Assembly (NCBI GenBank): GCA_964577565.1 | Contig: CAZNZL010000002.1 | Coordinates: forward strand, 88,650-152,649 | Source: an uncultured Candidatus Saccharibacteria bacterium | GTDB taxonomy: Bacteria > Patescibacteriota > Saccharimonadia > Saccharimonadales > JAGQNJ01 | Length of the DNA stretch: 64,000 nucleotides | Direction of reading: 5' to 3' | Shown: positions 56,868 to 64,000 of the stretch, in pieces | Numbering within the stretch: position 1 is the first letter of the stretch | Layout: each line of letters begins with the position of its first letter | The notes under the pieces: generated by a model | What the model saw: only the letters and a program-made list of their open reading frames with translations | The model's database searches: none | Told to the model about the DNA's origin: nothing | Translations under genes and position numbers: made by a program

Positions 56868-58004
56868 TTACATTGATAAATTGGGGTAGATGTCGAGTGA
56901 GTAAGGGTCGGCAGTTGGCTGGTTGTGCATGGCTTTAAAGCAGCCAAGGGTAGCTATCATGGCGCCGTTGTCAGTGCATAGTTTAGGATCGGTATACTGC
57001 AAGATTTGCGCCGCCGTGGCAGTGTTGCCAGCCCTGCTGGTAAGCAGGTCACGGCGGCGCAAATCTTGCAAGCCAAGTACCTTGGTTAATCTACCTTCTA
57101 ATTGGTGGCGGAGTTCTTGGCTGGCAGCAACACCTCCCGCAATAACGACGCTGCGAGGTTGAAACTCTGTAAACGCCTCACATGTCTTATCAACTACTGT
57201 TTCGATGGCAATTTTCTGAAAACTAGCGGCTAAATTGGCCTTTTGGGCATCAGAGAGGCGCCCTGACAGCTTAAAACTAGGAAAGGTATGATCTACGCCC
57301 GCTTCGCTTTGGGCAGCCCGTAGGACGGCCGTTTTGAGCCCAGAAAAGCTAAAATCATAACGGTTTTCCATTTTAGCCTTAGGGAAAGTAAGAGTATCAG
57401 CGTTGCCGTTTTGGGCAGCTTTGGCAATACTGGGGCCGCCAGGGTAGGGGAGGCCAAGCATTTTGGCTACTTTATCAAAAGCCTCACCAATGGCGTCGTC
57501 GTGGGTCTGGCCAAGTAATTGGTAATCAAAATGATCACGGAACAACGCTAACTGCGTATGCCCACCACTCACAATAAGTGCAAGGCAAGGGAAGGCTGGC
57601 TGACTACTCGGCAATACATAGCTGGGCAGAGGAGTAGATGTAATAAAGTTGGCGTAGACATGACCCTCTACATGGTTAATAGCATACAGGGGTTTATTTT
57701 TGGTAATTGCCAGGGTTCGAGCGGTAAGCACGCCAATCAACAAAGAACCCCCCAGTCCTGCCCCATAAGTTACGGCAACTGCATCTATAGAAGACCAATC
57801 CATTTGCCCCTGCTTAAGGGCAGCATCTAATGTGGGGGTCATAGCCTGTATGTGTTCACGGGCTGCAATCTCTGGTACGACACCACCGTATTGGGCGTGG
57901 ATATCCATGCTGCTTGCGGTAACACACGCCAATAATTCGCGGCCATCTTTAACGATGCCAACGCTGGTTTCATCGCAGCTGGTTTCAATCCCTAACACAA
58001 TCAC
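56868..58004 (-). CDS. tsaD: tRNA N6-adenosine threonylcarbamoyltransferase TsaD (Kae1/Gcp family)
   Basis: N-terminus MIVLGIETSCDETSVGIV, with metal-binding His residues in INHVEGH. Confidence 0.88.
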   Translation of the reverse strand: MIVLGIETSCDETSVGIVKDGRELLACVTASSMDIHAQYGGVVPEIAAREHIQAMTPTLDAALKQGQMDWSSIDAVAVTYGAGLGGSLLIGVLTARTLAITKNKPLYAINHVEGHVYANFITSTPLPSYVLPSSQPAFPCLALIVSGGHTQLALFRDHFDYQLLGQTHDDAIGEAFDKVAKMLGLPYPGGPSIAKAAQNGNADTLTFPKAKMENRYDFSFSGLKTAVLRAAQSEAGVDHTFPSFKLSGRLSDAQKANLAASFQKIAIETVVDKTCEAFTEFQPRSVVIAGGVAASQELRHQLEGRLTKVLGLQDLRRRDLLTSRAGNTATAAQILQYTDPKLCTDNGAMIATLGCFKAMHNQPTADPYSLDIYPNLSM

Positions 58005-58030
58005 ATTGACATTATAACAGAGAAGAACTA

Positions 58031-58765
58031 TTGAATAACATTACAAAACGTGGTATAATACCTATTATGAGTGATCATGATCCATACTCATTTGGTAAAC
58101 GCTGGCCTGAAGAATTTGAATTATTTGAGCAAGATGTAGCGGACACTCCAGTTGTACCCCCTGAAGCTTTTGAATCCTCAGAGGTGCCAGCCGAGGTTAC
58201 TCACGCAAATAGGCATGAGCTACTTATGGCGTCGCCAGGTGTTTTACTTGAAGATCTAAACTTACATGATCGTTTAGAAATTATTACAGACAATCACCCT
58301 AGTTCAGAACTCGAGGGCAGGCTCTACATCCAGTTGTTGCCTTGGCACAATCAAAAAAGCATACCATCAGGCGAGGCGGTGCGTGCCTACGTTTTAAGTT
58401 CTACGTTGCCTGAGTTGCAGCCAAATATCCAAGTAAGCATAAACGGGGCTTGCATTGGCGATTACATGCCACAAACTGGCATAATCAGGCGGGACTGTAA
58501 CGTAATGTTGTCACGTATTTCTATGATTCCACTTAATGAGGCTATCCGAGGACAAACAGAACCCACACCTGACTACATAAAAAAGATGCTTGATAAAGGT
58601 GGGTGGGAAATGGATCCCAAGACCGGACTAATTTATGTGTTACACACTGGTGACCCTATCATAACGCCTCCTGTTACAAATCTGCGCAAGAGAGAGCCCG
58701 GAAGCACCGAAGATGTGCAACTTGAATGGCAACCGGCTTCTACGTTTAATCCTGACCAAGACTAA
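58031..58765 (+). CDS. Hypothetical protein (244 aa)
   Basis: ORF only. Confidence 0.35.
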   Translation: MNNITKRGIIPIMSDHDPYSFGKRWPEEFELFEQDVADTPVVPPEAFESSEVPAEVTHANRHELLMASPGVLLEDLNLHDRLEIITDNHPSSELEGRLYIQLLPWHNQKSIPSGEAVRAYVLSSTLPELQPNIQVSINGACIGDYMPQTGIIRRDCNVMLSRISMIPLNEAIRGQTEPTPDYIKKMLDKGGWEMDPKTGLIYVLHTGDPIITPPVTNLRKREPGSTEDVQLEWQPASTFNPDQD

Positions 58766-58779
58766 CGTATTATAAAAAC

Positions 58780-60078
58780 ATGAACGGCCGCAAACTAGTT
58801 AAAAAAGCACTGCCTAAAGCTGCGTTTCGAAAAATAGCGCCCTATGGCCACTGGGCAGAGGCGGTCATTGCACAGCAAAAACATCGTTTTCCGGCTAAAA
58901 CCTTGAAGGTTATTGGCGTGACAGGGACGGATGGCAAGACTACAACCTGTAATTTAATTGCAGCTATGCTGCGCCATAGCGGTAAAAAGGTAGCCATGAT
59001 AACGACTGCTAGCGTGGATTATGGCGACGGCAAGGGCCCCGGTCCTAACCCAACCTCGCTAACTACCGGCAATGTGTTCCAGATAATGAAGCTGATTGAA
59101 AAAATCAACCAGCACAATGTGGAATGGCTGGTGCTAGAGGTGTCAAGCCATGCCCTTGATCAGCGCCGGGTGTGGGGTATTCCGTTTAGCATTGCGGTTC
59201 ACACCAACATGAGCCAAGAGCACCTTGATTATCACGGCACGTTTGAGAATTATCGCAAAGCTAAACAACGGCTTTTTAAGCTGTGTAATGCCAATAAAAC
59301 CGGTCTGCAAACAGGTATTATTAATGCCGATGACCGCACCGCGCTGTACTTTGTAAAAGATATTAAAAATGCCGTAACGTACGGTGTTAAAAAAGGCGGT
59401 ATTAAGGCTCATAATGTTGAATCAACCCTAACTGGCAATGCTTTTGAGGCCACCGTTGACGGCGAAACGTATTACATTAATTCGCCATTAGTGGGTGAAT
59501 TTAATGTCTATAACGCGTTGGCGGCAGTTGGAGTGGGGCGAGCACTAGGCCTCACTAAAAAACAGATTGAAAGTGGTATTGCGGTCTTAAAGAGTGTGCC
59601 TGGACGCATGATGCCTCTTACAGCAGGTCAAAAATATAAGGTTTTTGTTGATTATGCAGTGACGCCAGCAGCGATTGAAAATGTCTTAAGGACATTACGA
59701 GAGGTGGCGCCAAAAAGTAAAATCCATATTGTTTTTGGTGCCACTGGTGACCGCGATAAAGCCAAGCGCCCCATGATGGGCAATGTTGCCGCTAGCCTAG
59801 CGGATTTTGTGTATTTGACCGATGATGAAACGTATACCGAAGACCCCGAAACAATTCGGCAAGCGGTCTTTGATGGGGTGCGGCCAAAAGATCGCGCTAA
59901 AGTGACCATAATTGGTGACCGTAAAGAGGCGATTCGCGCTGCCCTTACCAATGCAAAAAACAGTGACGTCGTGGTGATTACGGGAATAGGCCATCAAACG
60001 ACGCGCAACATGGGCGGCAAAAAGCAAAAATGGAGCGATATAGAAGTTACAAAGCAATTACTAAAAGCCAAAAAATAA
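58780..60078 (+). CDS. murE: Mur ligase family protein, MurE-like
   Basis: ATP-binding IGVTGTDGKTTT and LEVSSHALDQRRV...TNMSQEHLDYHGTFENYRKAKQRLF (MurE central-domain pattern). 432 aa, so it lacks a long N-terminal domain. Confidence 0.65.
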   Translation: MNGRKLVKKALPKAAFRKIAPYGHWAEAVIAQQKHRFPAKTLKVIGVTGTDGKTTTCNLIAAMLRHSGKKVAMITTASVDYGDGKGPGPNPTSLTTGNVFQIMKLIEKINQHNVEWLVLEVSSHALDQRRVWGIPFSIAVHTNMSQEHLDYHGTFENYRKAKQRLFKLCNANKTGLQTGIINADDRTALYFVKDIKNAVTYGVKKGGIKAHNVESTLTGNAFEATVDGETYYINSPLVGEFNVYNALAAVGVGRALGLTKKQIESGIAVLKSVPGRMMPLTAGQKYKVFVDYAVTPAAIENVLRTLREVAPKSKIHIVFGATGDRDKAKRPMMGNVAASLADFVYLTDDETYTEDPETIRQAVFDGVRPKDRAKVTIIGDRKEAIRAALTNAKNSDVVVITGIGHQTTRNMGGKKQKWSDIEVTKQLLKAKK

Positions 60079-60291
60079 AAAATCCCTAATATGGGACATA
60101 TAACAAGGTTTGTAAAGCAGCGTTTTTTCTATCAATTTCCGACCAATCGGTAGAAAATGACGCTGCTTGTGGCGTGAACTGGATGCTGGTACGTGCCCGG
60201 GGGACAGAACTGGTTACCGATGGTTTCGGTAAGGTTCTTATCAACCCCGGGCAGCACTCCCAGCGATCTTCAGTTGCCTGACCTCAGAGAG

Positions 60292-60696
60292 TCAGGACTT
60301 GCGACTCCTCCGCGGGTCGCGCTTGCGCGGGGTGTTGCGGGAGGTCCGCGAAGGGCCGGCGGGAACCTGGCTCTCGTTCGCGGTGGTCTTGTCGTCCTCG
60401 GGCTGCTTGCTGCCGCGCTTGAGTGCGGTGGCCTGTTCGATGATGAACGTGATCAGCCTTTTGGCCTCGGTGCGCGAGACGGGTGCGTCAGTCGTCACAT
60501 GGACGACTTCGGTCCCGATGAGGAGCTTGGCGTCCATGTCCTCGAGTCGATCGGTGATCGAGCTCTCGGTCATGAAGGGGACGATGTCCTCGATGCCGCT
60601 CCTCCAGAGCTGCATCTTCTTGACCCGGCTGTCGTTGGCACTCACGACTTCGTACGTGAGCTGGACTTGCCGGTCACCGATTCGTGTCTTTGGCAT
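60292..60696 (-). CDS. Hypothetical protein (134 aa, basic C-terminal tail) encoded in a GC-rich island
   Basis: A perfect RBS AGGAGG lies 5 nt upstream of the ATG on the minus strand. Codons are G/C-ending, unlike the rest of the window. The plus-strand ORFs 60193-60708 and 60299-60718 are judged artefacts of high GC. Confidence 0.55.
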   Translation of the reverse strand: MPKTRIGDRQVQLTYEVVSANDSRVKKMQLWRSGIEDIVPFMTESSITDRLEDMDAKLLIGTEVVHVTTDAPVSRTEAKRLITFIIEQATALKRGSKQPEDDKTTANESQVPAGPSRTSRNTPRKRDPRRSRKS

Positions 60697-60811
60697 CGTA
60701 CCTCCTAAGGTACTGTAGTCGGATAAGACGGGGGTATTATACCACTAGCGTTACGCTTATTCAAGATATAAAGTTGAATATAAACGAAATATATTGTAAA
60801 ATAACAATCAT

Positions 60812-61447
60812 ATGACAAGTATTGAAGGTGGCTCTAGCCCAGAATTTTATCCCGATTATATTGATTTATTGAGCACAATTGCAATTGTGTTTGACGAAGC
60901 ATTTTTAGAGATGGGAAGAGATCGTGGTCGAGGAAGAGCTGATTGGGTGCAGGTTGACACTATGAGTAGCGAATCGCCTATGTACAGTGTATTGCTGAGC
61001 CCTACTGGCGGTAAGCCTGAGGCAGGTAGTGAAATGATCAGGTTAATGGCGCGACCAAATCCTAAGCTTGCAGATCTCAATATAACCGATATTGAACAAG
61101 TAGCAGCGTGGATGTTTAATAACGACACTGGTGAGTTGGCCTACGACACCAGTGCTTTTTTTGTTGAACATCGGCTAGATGACGGTTCAAAAAAATATCA
61201 TGTAGTAACAGAACAAGGCTTTAAGCCGTGGCTACCATCTTATCAAGCTTCTAGATCGTTGGGCGAACTCGCAATGCCCACAGATTTTAGCGTGGAAGAT
61301 ATTGTACAAGCAAAGCCTGCCAGAGAAGATCAGAACTCAGAAAAAATGAAAAAACTAGCAGCAGCAGATCGTAAGTATGCTCGTGAACTAAAGAATAAAA
61401 TTTCACCTGATTCTAGAGATCAGTGGTTTCTGGTGCCTCAAAACTAA
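60812..61447 (+). CDS. Hypothetical protein (211 aa)
   Basis: ORF only. Confidence 0.35.
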   Translation: MTSIEGGSSPEFYPDYIDLLSTIAIVFDEAFLEMGRDRGRGRADWVQVDTMSSESPMYSVLLSPTGGKPEAGSEMIRLMARPNPKLADLNITDIEQVAAWMFNNDTGELAYDTSAFFVEHRLDDGSKKYHVVTEQGFKPWLPSYQASRSLGELAMPTDFSVEDIVQAKPAREDQNSEKMKKLAAADRKYARELKNKISPDSRDQWFLVPQN

Positions 61448-61454
61448 CCTCTCT

Positions 61455-61522
61455 TGACAAAAAAATTAGCAATTGAGTATAGTGAGTGCTGAAAGTTGGC
61501 ACTCTAGCCTTGAAAGTGCCAA
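61455..61522 (+). promoter_or_regulatory. groESL promoter with two CIRCE-like inverted repeats
   Basis: TTGACA (61455-61460), 17 nt, then TATAGT (61478-61483). TTAGCAATT-N9-GAGTGCTGA (61466-61492) compared with CIRCE TTAGCACTC-N9-GAGTGCTAA. A second inverted repeat TTGGCACT-N11-AGTGCCAA lies at 61496-61522. Confidence 0.6.
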
Positions 61523-61567
61523 CTCACTTCTATACAATAGAGTAAACAGAGTAATAAGGAGGATTAC

Positions 61568-61861
61568 ATGGCTGTACCTATTCAACCATTAGCAGATTAT
61601 GTCATAGCCGAGGCAGAAGCGGCCAAAACTAAAACAGCAAGCGGACTGTATGTGCCTGATAGTGCGCAAGAAAAACCATCAACTGCCAAGGTTCTAGCGG
61701 TTGGTCCGGGTAAAGTGGGCGATGATAACAAACGCGTACCGGTAGGCGTAAAAGTGGGCGACCGGATTATATATAAAAGTTACAGTACGACTGAAGTTAA
61801 ACACGACGGCAAAGTATACATTTTAGTAAAAGAAGATGACATTTTAGCGGTCGTCAAATAA
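61568..61861 (+). CDS. groES: Co-chaperonin GroES
   Basis: 97 aa, MAVPIQPLADYVIAEAEAAKTKTASGLYVPDSAQEKP, with RBS AAGGAGG upstream. Confidence 0.95.
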   Translation: MAVPIQPLADYVIAEAEAAKTKTASGLYVPDSAQEKPSTAKVLAVGPGKVGDDNKRVPVGVKVGDRIIYKSYSTTEVKHDGKVYILVKEDDILAVVK

Positions 61862-61877
61862 CAGAGGAGGTTCTTGA

Positions 61878-63530
61878 ATGGCAAAAAAAGTTTTTTATGA
61901 TGAAGACGCGCGCCGAAGAGTACTAGAAGGCGCAAAAATTTTATACGAAGCCGTAAAGACTACAATGGGTCCAAAAGGCCGCAACGTAGTTATTAGCAAA
62001 TCATACGGCAACCCAACCGTAACACATGACGGCGTAACCGTAGCAAAAGGTGTAGAAATAGAAGATAAAGACGATGAGACCCTGGGCTACAAAGTGGGAG
62101 CAGAGCTTATCAAACAAGCTGCCAGCAAGATGAACGATGTGGCCGGTGACGGTACGACCACGGTTACGGTGTTGACCTACCACATTTTAAATGAAGCTAA
62201 TAAGCTGATTGCGGCCGGTCACAACCCAATGCTGCTTCGAAAGGGCTTAGAGAAAGCCGCTCATGACGTTTTAAGACAACTTGGTGGCATGAGCGAAGAC
62301 ATTAAGAGTAACAAACAGCGCGTGGCTGAGGTAGCAACTATTAGTGCCGGTGATCCAGAAATCGGCAACCTTATTGCCGATGTCATTGAAAAGGTCGGCA
62401 AAGACGGTGTAGTCACGGTAGAAGAAGGCCAAAGCCTGATGCTCGAGAGCGAAGTCGTAGAAGGCTTTACGATGGATCGTGGTTTTGTGAGCCCGTACAT
62501 GGTAACCGATGCAACACGCATGGAAGCTGTAGTTGAAAAGCCAGCCATCATCATTACCGATAAAAAGATTTCTTCTGTCCAGGAATTCCTACCAATCTTA
62601 GAGAAGTTAGCCCAAGCCGGCAAAAAAGACCTTATCATCATCGCCGAAGATGTAGAGGGCGAAGTGCTCGGCACGTTGGTGCTCAACAAGCTTAAGGGTG
62701 TGCTAAATGCGGTTGCTATTAAAGCACCATCATTTGGTGACCGCCGTAAAGACATCTTGCAAGACATCGCTATTTTAACTGGTGGTGCGCTGATTAGCGA
62801 AGAACAGGGTATGACCTTTGAAAACGTCGACCTTGACGTAATTGGTACAGCTCGCAAAGTGATTGTAACCAAAGACGAATCAACCATCATTGAAGGCGGT
62901 GGCCGCGCATCAGAGGTGAAAGAGCGCATTGCCCAGATTGCTGCGCAAGCAGATAACGCCTCAAGCGAATACGACAAAGAGCAGCTTGATAAGCGCCGTG
63001 CCGCTTTGCAAGGTAAAGTTGCCGTCATTAAAGTTGGTGGCGCCACTGAGACCGAGATCGAAGAGAAGAAGTTCCGCGTTGATGATGCTGTTGCAGCAAC
63101 TAAAGCAGCGCTCGAAGAAGGTATTGTACCGGGCGGCGGTGTAACCCTTGTTAACTTGGCTGAAGCTATTAAAGCTAGCGGCGCTGATAGCCAGTCTGCC
63201 GGTGCACAGCTGCTGAAGAGCGCCCTTGAACAGCCGTTCAGAATCTTAATGCAAAATGCGGCAGTCAACCCTGACGAATGGCTACCTCAGGTTAAAAAAG
63301 CTAAGGCAGGCCAAGGTGTGGACGTAAATACCCCAACAAAACTGGTTGACCTTAAAGCGGCTGGTATTGTCGACCCATCTCGCGTAACCAAAGAGGCGAT
63401 TCAAAATGCTGTATCTGTTGCTGGCACCAGTATGACTATGGGTGCGTTAGTGGTGGATGTGCCAGAAAAAGAGGCTCCAGCCCCAGCCGGCGGTGGTATG
63501 GGTATGGGCGGCGGCATGATGGGCATGTAA
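61878..63530 (+). CDS. groEL: Chaperonin GroEL
   Basis: 550 aa with a C-terminal GGM repeat tail ([13 protein letters not shown]). Confidence 0.97.
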   Translation: MAKKVFYDEDARRRVLEGAKILYEAVKTTMGPKGRNVVISKSYGNPTVTHDGVTVAKGVEIEDKDDETLGYKVGAELIKQAASKMNDVAGDGTTTVTVLTYHILNEANKLIAAGHNPMLLRKGLEKAAHDVLRQLGGMSEDIKSNKQRVAEVATISAGDPEIGNLIADVIEKVGKDGVVTVEEGQSLMLESEVVEGFTMDRGFVSPYMVTDATRMEAVVEKPAIIITDKKISSVQEFLPILEKLAQAGKKDLIIIAEDVEGEVLGTLVLNKLKGVLNAVAIKAPSFGDRRKDILQDIAILTGGALISEEQGMTFENVDLDVIGTARKVIVTKDESTIIEGGGRASEVKERIAQIAAQADNASSEYDKEQLDKRRAALQGKVAVIKVGGATETEIEEKKFRVDDAVAATKAALEEGIVPGGGVTLVNLAEAIKASGADSQSAGAQLLKSALEQPFRILMQNAAVNPDEWLPQVKKAKAGQGVDVNTPTKLVDLKAAGIVDPSRVTKEAIQNAVSVAGTSMTMGALVVDVPEKEAPAPAGGGMGMGGGMMGM

Positions 63531-63810
63531 AAACTATCACACCACGCTTGCCTGTCTTCTGACAGAGCCAGAAGCTCTGCCAGCGTTCTTGGCACCCATC
63601 ACGTTTTTTCTTTCCGGTACGCCCTCAACGTATCATTTATACGTTTCGGTTTGTTCCTCAAGAAAAAAACGCACTGGTCACTCAAGTGTGAAAGTTTTGT
63701 AAAAAAATCGAAAAGCGGCTTCGCCGGACCGATCCTGCTCTTCCCAAAAAAGAGGCTTGGCGAGAGGTCTCTTTTATTTTGGCGATTAAAATGCTATAAT
63801 ATATTAAATT

Positions 63811-64000
63811 ATGAATGATTTTACAGGTGAAGCAGATTTTAGCAGACAAGTAGAAGATGCAATTGCCAAAGATGCTGAGTTTATTGATTCAGCCCACAAA
63901 CTTGTTAATTCACTTGTCACAAATGGCATGGTGCGGGCCTACTGGAACATGTACCAAAAGGATCCAAGTGTTGAAGTTTTAGGTTCACCTGATCTAGATG
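63811..64000 (+). CDS. Hypothetical protein (N-terminal fragment, gene continues beyond the window)
   Basis: ATG at 63811 preceded by a TATAAT-like -10 (63793-63798). MNDFTGEADFSRQVEDAIAKDAEF... Confidence 0.35.
   Translation, partial: MNDFTGEADFSRQVEDAIAKDAEFIDSAHKLVNSLVTNGMVRAYWNMYQKDPSVEVLGSPDLD

Noticed and set aside
60193-60718. Plus-strand ORFs 60193-60708 and 60299-60718 in the GC-rich island.
   Set aside because: High GC suppresses stop codons in all frames. Only the minus-strand ORF has a canonical RBS and ATG and a coherent protein-like composition.
62261-63268. 335-aa minus-strand ORF inside groEL.
   Set aside because: It is antisense to a near-certain groEL gene and has a low-complexity Ser/Ala-rich translation.

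Overview
The window spans a chromosomal replication origin from a low-GC (~40-43%) bacterium. It carries the conserved rpmH-rnpA-yidC-jag block on the minus strand and dnaA-dnaN-recF on the plus strand, with DnaA-box-like 9-mers (TTTTCCACA) on both sides of dnaA. Tight gene packing, small proteins, many Ser tRNAs and a VirB4/VirB6/pilin cluster suggest a small-genome organism such as a CPR/Saccharibacteria-like epibiont, but that placement is inference only. Main blocks: (1) 1-4.1 kb, glycan and membrane genes plus the rpmH/rnpA/yidC/jag set. (2) 4.4-8.1 kb, dnaA/dnaN/recF. (3) 8.1-24.3 kb, a type IV secretion-like locus. A ~13 kb minus-strand operon encodes a VirB4 ATPase, a VirB6/TrbL-like polytopic protein, two large multi-domain peptidoglycan hydrolases and several secreted or membrane proteins. 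It diverges from a plus-strand array of six paralogous VirB2/TrbC-like pilin genes. (4) 24.3-30.4 kb holds hsp20, comFC, a MarR-like regulator, three tRNA-Ser genes with an HNH endonuclease gene between two of them, and purF. (5) 30.5-43.2 kb is an accessory region. A tRNA-Arg is flanked by a large serine recombinase gene, and a degenerate copy of the tRNA 3' end (attR-like) lies 5.2 kb away. After that comes an array of small plus-strand cassettes, including a VapBC-like pair, separated by a conserved ~115 bp module. Each module starts at the upstream stop codon and carries the same GTGTACCA core as the tRNA-Arg 3' end. (6) 43.2-60.1 kb holds tdk, a class III nucleotide cyclase plus MBL-fold pair, a DoxX/FAD-oxidase/NDH-2/DsbB redox cluster, HIT, valS, tsaD and murE. 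(7) 60.2-60.7 kb is a sharply GC-rich (~60-78%) island encoding one 134-aa protein. (8) groES-groEL follow, preceded by two CIRCE-like inverted repeats. All calls come from reading the sequence and ORF translations by eye; no database searches were run.
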